DNA of 64,000 nt, taken from positions 29,364,384 through 29,428,383 of the forward strand of contig NC_072740.1 of NCBI RefSeq assembly GCF_026930045.1, in the 5' to 3' direction. How positions within the stretch are numbered: the stretch's first letter is position 1; each line of letters opens with the position of its first letter. Source of the stretch: Uloborus diversus (taxonomy: Eukaryota). Below, piece by piece: positions 11,806 through 22,826 of this stretch. The position numbers and the translations under genes were made by a program. The notes beneath the pieces are model-generated. The model saw nothing but the letters and a program-made list of their open reading frames with translations. It was not told the DNA's origin and did not search any database.

Positions 11806-14800
11806 CTGTCGCCACCCTGGAGAAATAAACTGAGGCCCAGCCAAGGAAATAGTTCCTAGCGCCTTGTCCGATATTCGGGTGAAAATATGCTCTTCACTTT
11901 AGAAATTGGATTAGTTATAACTAACTAAAATAACCCACACATATATAAGCTTCTTCTGTTAATTTCTGTCAATTGTCAAATATTTTCAATTTTATGAGAG
12001 AAGGCACAGCCTTTCATCCATTTGAATTATATGCGCCGGTCAATAGCAGCTCATATACAGGTAGCAATCTCTTCTTATTTGTGAAGTAGGTAGGGAAGGT
12101 AGCTAGTAAGTGTGACGCGTTATCTGTTAACTCGGTTTTTCTTCCATGCATTTTGACATCACTGCCAAGTAACTTTGCAAACAAGTATAGTCCGTTTTCT
12201 ACAATCTTGGAAGGTTTAATGTCACTGGAAGGGAGGGGAAGAAAGAAATATGAATGTCTGAAAATATGTTTCCACTTGCTAAGTTGAAATAGTCGCATTT
12301 ATCAACATTCAGTTCATTATTGCTGAAAATAGTTTTTTTTTTTTTTTTTTTAATGTCAAAAACCCTGGATAATTGAGAGTTTACTGTATAAGAGTAGTTG
12401 GCAAGACAGCTAGATTAACAGCTTGCAGCTGATGTCTTAGCGTCTTTTTTTTTTTTTTTTGCTTGCCCCCTTTTATGGCAAATTAGTGTACACTTTTGTT
12501 CTCCTATTTTACTGCTATGCTAAAAAAAAAAAAAGATTTTTTTAAGTGAGTGATTCTGTGCAGAAAATAAAAAAACATATTATTGTTAGCATGCATAAAC
12601 AAATCAGAGACTGAAAAGGTGTTAAATCACTTGCATGCAGGAATAAAGTCTTTATATTAAAAACATTAAGAACAAAAACAAATCTTTTTTTATTTGTATT
12701 TTATTCTTGCAGAAAAATCTGTCATTTCAAGTTGCAATAAACAGTTGTGTGATTCATGAAACAGTAAACGCTGAACTTTTTCAACAAATATTTCTTTTTC
12801 AGCAGCACATTCATTTTCTTTTGTGATTTGTTTGAACATTTCATGAAAAGCCTCTATGTTTTCAATAAAATTTTATTAAGTCAGGTTAATAACAATTTGT
12901 TTCTTCAACCTCCTTGAAAATTGCATCTTCAGCTTTATTAATCAGTCTCACTGTAAGAACTTTCGAAACAGTTTCTTACTGAAGTTTCATACAAACTCTA
13001 AATGCAAACAATAGAACAAGAGAAACCACAGGTGTTATTCCTTTATTGTTTTTCAAGAGAAGAATAAACAATTTTTCAGATTTAAATTGAAAATTTTTTC
13101 TGCTCTTTTAACTGCCAAATTTTGAATTGTCTTTAAAAAAAACTTCGAGTAAAAAAAAGTAAATTCCAAGATAGAGAGGGGGGATAATTTACATGATATT
13201 GAAAGACTAAGGAATCAGGACCTAATAAAAAGATATAGTATTATTCAAGTTAACACAAGAATAATTCTTAAAACATACCAAGGTGGTTCAAAAATACATG
13301 CAAAAAAAAAGAAGTTTTTCCTAGATAACAGGACACCTCTCAATATTTTTAGACTTGTGGATAGTAATATACTGGAAGAATTTTAGCTCCTGTTTCAACT
13401 GAAAGAGGGTGTTCAAACAGCTGCCCCAAACTCTGTAAGTATGCGGAGGGGGAGGGGGGGTAAAAAAGGCACTGAACTAAAAAAACAATGCTACATATTA
13501 TAATATACACGAGTAATATGCATATACATTGCAATAAAATAATCATTCACAAAAAAACAGCTGGAAAAATTAAATGTTTCTAAATATGTGACATTTTATA
13601 CGCTACGGCTAATGTTAACTTGAGGGGTCATTGAGCACCCTCTTAAAATGTGAGTAAGACACTAAAAATTTTACCGCAAAATACTATTAGTAAGTCTAAA
13701 AAAAACAGAGGGTGTCCTGGACTCTGGCTGAAAAATAGTTTTTTTGAAACACTGTAATACTTACGTTCCCTTTTCATTCCATTCTAAACAGTTAACACAG
13801 CCTGCATGTCCCTGCAAAAACAGAAAGAACTTTAAGCTCTAAAATTAATATTGTTACAGTATACCAAACAAAAAATAAAGTAACACTTTAAATGATAAAT
13901 ATTGGAAGAAGCAATTTTTGATTCAAATTCTAATGCTATGATGATGACAAATCAAATAATACATGATGAAATCTATATGCATTTCAGGTAGCCAAGCTAT
14001 ATATTTATGCAAATGACTTGATTACCCTTCTGTTGTACCACATCACTTTTTGTGCCTAGCACCACAAGTAAAAGTTACAATAAAAATAACTAAAAGGTTC
14101 CAAAAATCATCAACAACATAAAAGCTCAATGTATGTTGATGATTTTTGAGTCAGAACTAAAGTGCTACAAGTTATGAAACTGTATTTGCTACCTTTTTCC
14201 ATAATTTTTAGCACAATGCACTACTTTTAAAAAGAAATAGTGCAGTGAGTAGTGCAACACAACAAAAAAAAACTTGCTTGCAGCAATTTCTGGGTTAGTT
14301 CAGTAAAACAAACAAGGTTCAAAGGCAACAATTAATTTGATTACAAATCCTATGCATATATCAGTGTATGTGATGAGACTGTCTCTGTGACCGAGTATTT
14401 TAGAATGAGAATTATGTCAGATGCTTCAAAGTAGCAAGTTTTTCATAAAGGTTGTCAGTACTTCTTTATCTTATTGTTGCTTTTTGGAAATCTGACAATC
14501 AGAATCACATGTGTGGTTAGACTTAGATACAAAAATTGTTTATGTTTTCATAAATTTTTCAACTACTTGAAAGTTTCATCAGGGTACTGTTGAACTGCCC
14601 TGGCTAGCATACAATACTGAATCTAGTGTAATCCAAAAATATCAAAACAAAAATTTTTCAGAAACATATAAACTTTACCCAATTAAAAAAGAAGCTAATA
14701 ATTTCAAAATAGTCAAACCACACCTATGCTGTTTGACTATTAACTCTTAGTGTTTTAAGCTGTAGTCAGGTTCCAGTTTTTCAAACTTTTTTTTTTATAT

Positions 14801-16699
14801 TCAGAAGTTTTCCCTACCATGTATGATTCTGGAAAATCAGAAATTTAATTTTGAACTGCTAAGGATTGAGATTCCTTTTTTTTTTTCATTTCCAAAAAAA
14901 CAATGCCTCATTTATAATGCTTTTACTTTCTGTTTGTGTATTGGTTGAACTATTTTTCCAGTTTTTTCGTTTTATTGGTACATAAAAATCGTGGACTATG
15001 GTGTAAACTGTTACGTTTAATAGATTTTGTTGTACAAAAACCTTTCAGCCCAGTTTTTTTTTTTTTTTTTGTAATAACATTCACTTCAAATAGGTGAATT
15101 TTGTTTGAACACATGAAACCAGAAGATAGTTCAAATCTTTCATCCATAACAACATGAAAGATCTTGTTTTCGAAATCACACAAATTGGAAATGAACATTC
15201 TGAAAAGAAAGAAAACAATTTGCAAAGAGTAGATTTCTGTTAGCGTAAAGGGGAGGGGACGGGATAAGAGAGTTTTTTCCTTTGTTTTAGCTATTAATTT
15301 GTTAAAATAAATGTCGATTTTTTCCAATTTTGCAGCTGAACGAATAGTTCAAGCCTATATTTTCATTTATTTTCTCCCATCAAAAAAGGACATTCGCTAT
15401 TCTCTTCAATTTCACTTCTGAACTATTCAAAAAAAGAAAAAACATCACAATTTTTTTTGTTTAAAGATTTTGGAAGGTGTATTGTTGCTATATAAAATCC
15501 TCCCAAAACTAGGGAGTTGTCCCCCTATGCTCCTTCTCCCCCATAAATCCCCCCACAAAACTCTTCAAATTTCTATAAAAGATAAGTAAATATCAAATAT
15601 GCAACTCATAATTTCGCTTTTGAAAAATTCTAAAGGGTCCTTTCCTTAGCCTTCATTTCTTACAAGCATCAATAAGTATAATTGATTCAAATTAACAAGC
15701 AACACTAAGTGGCATAAGAACCTCTCAAAATGCTTCTGAGAAGATTCTTACTGATTGCTATGTAAAATGACCCCCTGAATCCAAATATGACTACCGTTTT
15801 CCCCCCATCACCCATCCCTTTTTGGAGATAGCGCTCCCCAATTGTTTTCAGTTTTCGACAGCTTCATAGCCATTATTTTTTACTTGGAGAGGAAGAGAGC
15901 TTTATATTAATCATCAACATTTTTCTAAGAGGCTAGAGAGGTGAAAAGTTCAAAAATATGAATATTTGTAGTAAGGAGGGAGACTCATGGGGCACCATTA
16001 ATATACACTATAGCTTTGATTTAACAATACTCAATTTAATGAATTCCTCAATTTAATGATACATTTCAATGGTCTGGATTCAACTGCATTGAATGTCTAT
16101 GCTCTTTGAATTGATGATATCCTTGGGGAGAAGATCTACCATCCCTGTGATCAGGGAGGTAATTCCCCTCACCCCCCCCCCCCTAGATTCTAATAACCAT
16201 GCAATCATGTATTTTGTATCTTGTTCTTATAAAATAAATCAAGTATTTTTCCTTTGCCTTGAGTGAAAATTCTGAAATGACCGGTCAATAGGAGGGACTT
16301 TTATGAATTTTAATTTTGAATGGGGAGAGAACGAGTGTAATAGCATACTTTTGCAAAAGAAAGTACCATACCTGCCAATATCTACTGCGAAAAAATCCAG
16401 TAGATCATTAAAAAATACAGTAGATGTTTACGACAGATTTTTCGTTCTTAGTTAGGAAATAAAAGAATTTTTTATTTTCCTTCTTAGTACAACCAAATGT
16501 TCCTTACATCTCATACACAATCAAGAGAAATGATCAAAATCCAGGAATCTCCCGGAAAAACCAGTAGAGTTGGCATTTATGAAGTACCTTTCGTATGGAG
16601 TTTGTAGGGAAGGAAAGTGTTTTTGGAGCTGTGTATTACGTAAGATTACCTTCATGGCAGTACTGCAACACTAACTAAACACCAGTAACTTTCACTTTT

Positions 16700-17560
16700 C
16701 ATTGAGCTTCCAAAGAAGAAATGCACACTTTAAAAACCAGGCACCAAGTTACTCCGTGTGGTGACCGGAGCAGATCCATGCATGTTGTAAAAGGCGACTA
16801 AAATGGATACCCAATCTAAGGTGTGAGGCACTGTGCTGATGGATGGATGGCATCTGGGTTGTATGATGTCTAAATGCCCCCCTTGAGGAACCGGGCAAAA
16901 CCTCATTGCAATTAGCCTTGCACTCGTATAGGGTGGCTGTGCGGGTGTCGACCTTTTACCACCTCCCAGTTCCTAGCTCCTCTGGAGTTGGTTACTGGTT
17001 TGAAGGAGAGAACTAGCAGCCTTTCTGCTGGAGGAGGTGAGGGTGCAAGTCTGCAACCCACCGACTAACATCTTGCAATGACATTGAACATATTCAGCTT
17101 GTCATCCTAAAGAGGACAAACATGATTCTCTCTGGGGATCACATGCCAAAAATACAAAAGGCTTCCTAACAAAATTAGTATTGGGAAGGCTTTTGGTCTT
17201 CTTACTGGTAATTACACCTTAAAGTGGCATCATGCTATTATGGGTATCAGTAATGATCCAATTTGTAGAGGTTACCTCTTTTATGAGGAAACTATTACTC
17301 ACACCCTATGTGGTTGCGAAGTGTTTTCTGCCTATAAGTTTGAACACCTTGGTCATCATTTGCTTGAACCGTGAGATATTGATTATTCTCTTATTGGGTG
17401 TTTGCTGAATTTTACTTAAGCTGCTGGTCTGTTTTAAGACTTCTGTTCGGGGACTAGTACAATAGACTTCTGGCCACAGTGTTTAGTTTGGTTGAGCCCC
17501 CCCGTCTTTCATTTCATTTCAGGCACTAAGTTACTGCAGCTGAACTTATCTATGAGTACA
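16700..17560 (+). mobile_element. Degraded 3' fragment of a non-LTR (LINE) retrotransposon
   Basis: The frame spanning 17184-17373 reads GKAFGLLTGNYTLKWHHAIMGISNDPICRGYLFYEETITHTLCGCEVFSAYKFEHLGHHLLEP*. This matches the conserved LINE ORF2 C-terminal motif (..TGH..L..HL..IG...SP.C..C...ET..H.L..C). Upstream frames are broken by stops and frameshifts. Confidence 0.45.
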
Positions 17561-17744
17561 AAAGTTGAAATAACCATCAATTAATTTTTTTTTTTAATTT
17601 CTTGTTTGGGTTTTTTGTTCAACTTTAAATATTTTATGTTTTTAAGGGGGAGCAGCTGACCTACCTTGCCCCCTTTGGGTTCTCCCATGCCTGTATTATT
17701 TATATCAATTCAAACTACATTCATGGATAAATTACAATTGAAAA

Positions 17745-18000
17745 TAAAATTAAGTAGGGTCAGGTGGGGTGGAATGGGTATAAAAACAGGTACTTTTGAA
17801 ATGGTTATAAACTATTCAAATTTGATATCAAAAATTGAACGATTAAAAAACCTTAACTGAGTTTTTACATTTCAACAATGCACTTCACATATCCATAGTT
17901 ATTATTACTGAAATAATTTTATTATTTAGTAAAAAAGCTATTATTTCAGTCTGTTTTTATACCTATTTCACCCATTGGGGTGGGGTGAAATAGGTAGAGT
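17745..18000. mobile_element. MITE-like element with ~30-bp inverted termini
   Basis: Left end gggtcaggtggggtggaatgggtataaaaacag pairs with right end ctgtttttatacctatttcaccc...ggggtggggtgaaataggtag. There is an internal hairpin ctgaaataattttatt.../...ctattatttcag. A related terminus (ttatacccattccaccccac) recurs at 29806. Confidence 0.45.
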
Positions 18001-18347
18001 TGTTTTAAATTAAATTTCAGAGTGAAAACATGAATTTATTTATTATTTTTTTCATAAAAATATATTAATATAAGGGTAAAAATCTATTAGTCTGTAATTT
18101 AACTGCAATTAAAGGTCCACGATTATTGAGGAATGGCTGACTTAGGTTTTGATGATCTGTTCTTCTTTAATCTCCATTTTCACTTTATTGGGGAAGCTGA
18201 AAAAATTTCAAATCAAAGACTTCTTAAGAATTTTTACAACATAAGCACAAGTATATAAAGTTTCTAAAACTTGAGCAATAAATACTTTTTAAATTTCTTA
18301 ACACCGTATTCAACTAGCACCCTATCTCCTGTAGACTTCAACATAAG

Positions 18348-18622
18348 TGTTAGAAACTGAAGTGAAGAGAGGTCCAATTGAATGATAGATGTGTGCACGA
18401 GAAAACGTCAGAACACTGAAAAATAAAATTAAAATCTGTGGGAGTTTAAAAATGGTGTTGTAATGCACAAATGTTTTTGGCTCTGTAGTTTTCTGGTAGT
18501 TTAGCAAAATAAATGTCCTTTTTATGAAGAAAAGGTGAACTTCTTGGATTCCAGCACCACGCATTATTTAATGCAGTCCTGATAAAATAACTCATTGTTA
18601 GAATTTGAGTTTGTATTCAACA
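18348..18622 (+). repeat. BEL/Pao 5' LTR (275 bp)
   Basis: Identical by eye to 22789-23063; starts TGTTAG and ends TTCAACA. Confidence 0.9.
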
Positions 18623-18628
18623 TAATTT

Positions 18629-18646
18629 TGGCGTCCGCGACAGGAC
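18629..18646 (+). promoter_or_regulatory. Primer-binding site TGGCGTCCGCGACAGGAC
   Basis: Begins with TGG 6 nt after the 5' LTR; complementary to a tRNA 3' end (...GTCCTGTCGCGGACGCCA). tRNA identity not determined. Confidence 0.6.
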
Positions 18647-18659
18647 GGGTGCTTGGAAC

Positions 18660-21600
18660 TTGTATAAGAAGATGGATTTAACTACATTGAAAGCTCAGAG
18701 AAAAGGACTGAGGGCGTCTTTTACCCTCAGTATGAAAAAAATTGAAGCTGAACTTTTGAAGGAAATTACTGGTTCGGATGAACTTTTAATTTTAAGAAAT
18801 CAGATTTCTGACAAATTCAAGCGGCTAGATGATTGTCAGAGCATAATATCTGAGCTGTTGTTGAAAGATAAAAATGCCGAGGAGGCTTATTATGAAGATT
18901 GTGAAGAAGCAGAAAATTATCGGGACAAGTTTATTCAAATTTGCTCTCTGCTTGATTTAAAATTTGAAAATGTTCAGCGTAATGGTAACATTAGTAAGCG
19001 CAACTTTAAGCTTCCGACGATAGAACTTAAAAAGTTTAACGGCGAAGCAAGAGAATTTTTAAATTTTTGGAGCCAATTCAAGAAAATCCATGAGGACAAG
19101 GGCATTGATAATGAAGATAAAATGCAGTATTTAATTCAATCGATGGAACCTGGTTCGAAGGCAGAAAGATTAGTGCTGAGTTTTCCTGCTACCGGAGAAA
19201 ATTATAGTAGAGCAATACAGCAGTTAAAGGAAAGATTTGGCCGTGATGATCTGCTGGTGCAAGTGTATGTTCGAGATTTATTGAGACTAGTTATGAAAAA
19301 TGCTGCCACAGGACGGGGGAAAGCTGATCTTCCATCCCTCTATGACGAATTGGAAGGAAAACTTCGTGCGTTGGAAACTCTTGGACGGACCAAAGAGAAG
19401 TATGGAGATTTCTTGACACCTTTGGTTGAGAGCTGTCTGCCGGAAGAAGTTTTAGTAACGTGGGAAAGAAGCCGTAACCATGATCTAACCGAAGATAAGA
19501 ACTGTCGCACTTTAGAGCAGTTAATGAACTTTCTTCGCCAAGAAGTCAATGGAGAAGAAATGGTTCGCCTCGCAAGAACTGGCTTCGGCACGAACTCAAA
19601 TTTGCGCAAACGAGAGCCCACAACTGAGAAGGAAAGTGACCTAGCGACAGCTGCAGCGTTAGTAAGTACTGAGAAAAAGGGTAAGCGATTTGAAAGTTGT
19701 ATTTTTTGTGGAAAAAGTCATCCAAGTAAAAGATGTTTCATTGCAAAAAAGATGACTGTAAATGAAAAACAAAAAATATTGTTAAAAAAGGGGGTTTGTT
19801 TTATATGTTTTAATTCAAATCATATTAGTAAATATTGTAATGTAAAAAGAGAGTTAAAATGTAATGGTTGTGGAGAACCTCATTTTTATGTAATGTGTCC
19901 AAAGCTGGAAAGCAAAAGTTGTGAAGCTAAGGATGTAGTAGTTTCTAAGTCTGAAAATTCTCTCTCTAACTTTGATAAAACTCAAACTGTATTTTTGCAA
20001 ACTCTGTGTGTTCGGATTAAATGTAATAATCGAGAAAAAATAATTCGGGCTTTGGCAGATTCTGGTAGTCAAAGTAGTTATGTAAGTCAGAAAGTTTTGT
20101 CTGAGCTGAAAGCAACTCCACTTCGTGAAGAAACAGTGATTCACTCGTTATTTGGGGGGAGGGAAACGAACCCAAAACGGCATAAGATATTCACTGTTGA
20201 AGTGAGGGGTTTGAAAGGGTCTTTTGCTTGTAGTTTTGAAGCTCTTTCTGAAAGGAAAATTTGTAGTTTTATACCAAAAGTTAGCAATCCTTATATTTTG
20301 AATGAATTAAAGAAAAAGAATATTGAAGTTTCTGATTCCCTTTGTAAAATAAAAGAAATTGATCTTTTAATAGGGGCAGATGTTTTAGGAAAATTGCTGA
20401 CGGGACGTTCAGTAGATTTAGAATCCGGTCTTACTGCCGTAGAAATGAAGCTTGGGTGGACTGTTATGGGTAAGCAGAACACAAATGAGAAAGATGATGT
20501 TTTCAGAACATTATCGATGCATGCTAAAAGTATTCCTTTGAATGAATTGGGGGAACTTGAAAGTATAGGAATAACAGATCCCACTTGCAATGTTAATAAG
20601 AAAGCATGCATAGGAGAACATTTAGCTGAATTTGAGGATAAATTGAAAATTCTTCCTTGTGGAAGATATGAAGTAGTGCTTCCTTGGAAGTATGATTTTT
20701 CGAACTTACCAGATAATAAGGATTTAGCCTGGAAAAGGCACGAAAAAATGATCAGTAAGTCAAAATGTAATAATTTTATAGCGGATTACCAAAATGTATT
20801 CAAAGAATGGGAAAACTTGAATATTATTGAGCGCGTACCAGATTCGGAATTAGAGAATAAGTGCCACTATCTACCACATAGGCCTGTTATAAAAATCGAT
20901 AGTAAGACCACGAAAGTTCGGCCTGTTTCTGATGCTTCAGCATCCCAGAGAGGTAAACCTTCTTTGAATGAATGCTTGGTTAAAGGAATGAACCTCATTG
21001 AACTAATGCCAGATATTGATAGATTCCGGTTGCATCCTATAGGGTTGAGTGTAGGCATTGAAAAGGCATGTATCCCTCCTGAATATGAGATTGCACAGAA
21101 GTTGGAAGGTTCTTTCTTTGTGGACAATTGTGTAACAGGGGTTCATAATACCGAAGAAGAAGCGAAGTTCATCGAACAATCGCAACTTATTATGTCAAAG
21201 GGATGTTTTAACTTGCGAGGGTTTGAAAGCAATGTAGCTTCTGAAAATGTTACGAAGCATTCAGGGGAAGCGTCTATTTTAGGAATTTTATGGAATTTGG
21301 ATAATGACACTCTAAGGTGTAATATAAATATAGAAGCATTGACTTGTGAAACAAAAATTACAAAGCGTTTAATTTTATCTACAGTGCAAAAGATTTTTGA
21401 TCCCATCGGCTTATTAAGCCCTACTACATTGCTTCCTAAACTGATACTGCAAGATGCTTGTAAGTTAAAACATTCCTGGGATTTAGAACTACCCCCTGAT
21501 ATTGTAAATAAATTTTTGAAATGTTTCAAGGAAATTGCATTGTCAAATAACGTAACTTTGCCATGCTACATAATAACCAATTCTACAACAGAACTGTATG

Positions 21601-22073
21601 TATTTGTGGATGCTTCTAAAGAAGCTTACGTGGCGTGCGTCTACGATCGTTCAGTAGTGGAAATTGAAGTTGAAATATATCTCGTTAGGTCTAAAACTAG
21701 AGTAGATCCACTAAAATCACTGAGTATTCCTCGGTTAGAGCTTATCGCTTGCTGCATAGGGGATAGACTTTTGCAAGAAAAATGGAAATTGACTCAGCCT
21801 GAGTTGTGGAAACATATTTTTGGAACAATGAATATAGCTGATGTATTGTCGCGAGAATTCAGCCCTAGAGAATTCTTTGACTTCAATTGGTGGGAATTAC
21901 CGACCTGGCTGAAGTTGGCGCTAGAAAAATGGCTATTATGTGAAGTAGATTGGAGACCAAAAGAAGTAGACGCGAAGAGAAAAATATTAACAATTACCAC
22001 TATTGATCTGAATCTGGACGCACCGCTTTTGCCTCCAAAGTTGGTTCGTATTGTTAATGAATTACTAAATTGA
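18660..22073 (+). CDS. BEL/Pao Gag-Pol polyprotein: gag, CCHC knuckles, aspartic protease, N- and C-terminal RT fragments, RNase H; RT core deleted in frame
   Basis: 1137-aa ORF. Gag DUF1759-like region: KLPTIELKKFNGEAREFLNFWSQF...QQLKERFG (~19000-19410). Zinc knuckles: CIFCGKSHPSKRC, CFICFNSNHISKYC and CNGCGEPHFYVMC (~19700-19900). Protease: ALADSGSQ and LLIGADVLGKLL. RT start: CHYLPHRPVIKIDSKTTKVRPVSDASA...GLSVGIEKAC. This is followed almost directly by the RT C-terminus FFVDNCVTGVHNTEEEA...GFESN, so ~110 aa of RT are missing near 21075-21115. RNase H: YVFVDASKEAYVACVY and SIPRLELIAC. The NIADVLSRE...NWWELPTWL tail is also present. Confidence 0.85.
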   Translation: MYKKMDLTTLKAQRKGLRASFTLSMKKIEAELLKEITGSDELLILRNQISDKFKRLDDCQSIISELLLKDKNAEEAYYEDCEEAENYRDKFIQICSLLDLKFENVQRNGNISKRNFKLPTIELKKFNGEAREFLNFWSQFKKIHEDKGIDNEDKMQYLIQSMEPGSKAERLVLSFPATGENYSRAIQQLKERFGRDDLLVQVYVRDLLRLVMKNAATGRGKADLPSLYDELEGKLRALETLGRTKEKYGDFLTPLVESCLPEEVLVTWERSRNHDLTEDKNCRTLEQLMNFLRQEVNGEEMVRLARTGFGTNSNLRKREPTTEKESDLATAAALVSTEKKGKRFESCIFCGKSHPSKRCFIAKKMTVNEKQKILLKKGVCFICFNSNHISKYCNVKRELKCNGCGEPHFYVMCPKLESKSCEAKDVVVSKSENSLSNFDKTQTVFLQTLCVRIKCNNREKIIRALADSGSQSSYVSQKVLSELKATPLREETVIHSLFGGRETNPKRHKIFTVEVRGLKGSFACSFEALSERKICSFIPKVSNPYILNELKKKNIEVSDSLCKIKEIDLLIGADVLGKLLTGRSVDLESGLTAVEMKLGWTVMGKQNTNEKDDVFRTLSMHAKSIPLNELGELESIGITDPTCNVNKKACIGEHLAEFEDKLKILPCGRYEVVLPWKYDFSNLPDNKDLAWKRHEKMISKSKCNNFIADYQNVFKEWENLNIIERVPDSELENKCHYLPHRPVIKIDSKTTKVRPVSDASASQRGKPSLNECLVKGMNLIELMPDIDRFRLHPIGLSVGIEKACIPPEYEIAQKLEGSFFVDNCVTGVHNTEEEAKFIEQSQLIMSKGCFNLRGFESNVASENVTKHSGEASILGILWNLDNDTLRCNINIEALTCETKITKRLILSTVQKIFDPIGLLSPTTLLPKLILQDACKLKHSWDLELPPDIVNKFLKCFKEIALSNNVTLPCYIITNSTTELYVFVDASKEAYVACVYDRSVVEIEVEIYLVRSKTRVDPLKSLSIPRLELIACCIGDRLLQEKWKLTQPELWKHIFGTMNIADVLSREFSPREFFDFNWWELPTWLKLALEKWLLCEVDWRPKEVDAKRKILTITTIDLNLDAPLLPPKLVRIVNELLN

Positions 22074-22088
22074 ACTCCTGGCAAATCA

Positions 22089-22826
22089 GTGTTGAATTAT
22101 GAAGAGTTGAACGCATTGATATGTGATTGTGAATTTGTAATTAATTCAAGGCCTCTAACATACGGGTCGGAAAACCCTCAGGAGTTGATTCCTCTCACAC
22201 CTTCAATGTTTCTTATTGAAAACCGTAGTTTTGATGTTACAGATATTGGTCATGTGGATTTGCAAAGTCCAAAAAAGAGAAAAAGATATAGATATAAGCT
22301 GTTCAATGATTTAAGACAGCGTTTCAGAAAAGAATATTTAGGCCAATTAATTCAAAAACACTATGAGAAGCCAACCCGAGAGCCAAGAGTTGGCGAAATT
22401 GTTTTAATTGGCGACGATAATAAAAAACGCGTGTTTTGGCCTTTGGCGAAAATTATTGAATTGATTCCTGGACGAGATAAAAGGGTTCGCGCTGTTAGGC
22501 TCAAAACTCAAAATGGGATTTTTGTTCGTCCAGTGGAACGTGTTTACCCATTGGAGATACGTACTGATGATGAGGCGGTTGCAATTTCCGACAAAGCCAT
22601 GAGTGTGATGGAATCAAATCCTAAGGAAGGTGTTCAGAAGACTTCTGTTAAAAAGTGTTATCCTGATATTGTTCTGGAAAAATATACCAGATCTGGAAGG
22701 TGTGTGAAAGTACCAAAAAGACTGGATCTTTTAAATAATGAGTGTTACATGTTTGAGACCCTTCCCAGAGTCTCAAAGGGGGGAGGTATGTTAGAAACTG
22801 AAGTGAAGAGAGGTCCAATTGAATGA
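22089..22826 (+). CDS. BEL/Pao integrase C-terminal region (DUF5641-like) only; integrase zinc finger and DDE core absent
   Basis: 245-aa ORF reading LNYEELNALICDCEFVINSRPLTY...LTPSMFLIE...VGEIVLIGDDNKKRVFWPLAKIIELIPGRDKRVRAVRLKTQNG. This is the typical C-terminal tail of BEL/Pao IN. It starts only 16 nt after the gag-pol stop, so the ~250-300 aa IN catalytic region is deleted. The ORF runs into the 3' LTR. Confidence 0.75.
   Translation: MLNYEELNALICDCEFVINSRPLTYGSENPQELIPLTPSMFLIENRSFDVTDIGHVDLQSPKKRKRYRYKLFNDLRQRFRKEYLGQLIQKHYEKPTREPRVGEIVLIGDDNKKRVFWPLAKIIELIPGRDKRVRAVRLKTQNGIFVRPVERVYPLEIRTDDEAVAISDKAMSVMESNPKEGVQKTSVKKCYPDIVLEKYTRSGRCVKVPKRLDLLNNECYMFETLPRVSKGGGMLETEVKRGPIE
22775..22786 (+). 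promoter_or_regulatory. Polypurine tract AAAGGGGGGAGG
   Basis: Purine run 2 nt upstream of the 3' LTR start. Confidence 0.7.

Larger units (their letters stand above)
2780..11819. mobile_element. Candidate large TIR DNA transposon, superfamily undetermined, interior heavily degraded by secondary insertions
   Basis: Exact 14-bp inverted termini: CAGGGTGGCGACAG at 2780-2793 and its reverse complement CTGTCGCCACCCTG at 11806-11819. Identical 5-bp flanks GAGAA at 2775-2779 and 11820-11824 (candidate TSD). A 21-mer GTTCCCTGACTTTTCCCTGAT lies next to both ends (2809-2829; 11758-11778 and 11785-11805, plus partial copies). Confidence 0.45.

Noticed and set aside
18343-18347. Alternative LTR boundary, since TTCAACA precedes ATAAG on both sides of the BEL element
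   Set aside because: The PPT and PBS positions and the TG...CA termini fit the 18348/23063 boundaries with ATAAG as the TSD. The TTCAACA upstream of the 5' TSD is most likely coincidental target sequence.
18322-18564. 80-86-aa minus-strand ORFs that are identical at 18322-18564 and 22745-23005, plus the duplicated ORF sets at 23389-24266 and 28691-29583
   Set aside because: They are identical only because they lie inside the two LTR copies of the BEL and copia elements. They have no protein similarity, so they are LTR sequence, not genes.
19340-22084. Multiple 60-130-aa ORFs antisense to the BEL and copia polyprotein genes (e.g. 19340-19621, 20291-20611, 21143-21529, 26868-27143, 27791-28126)
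   Set aside because: These are antisense frames within well-supported retrotransposon CDSs with no recognisable motifs. They are spurious.
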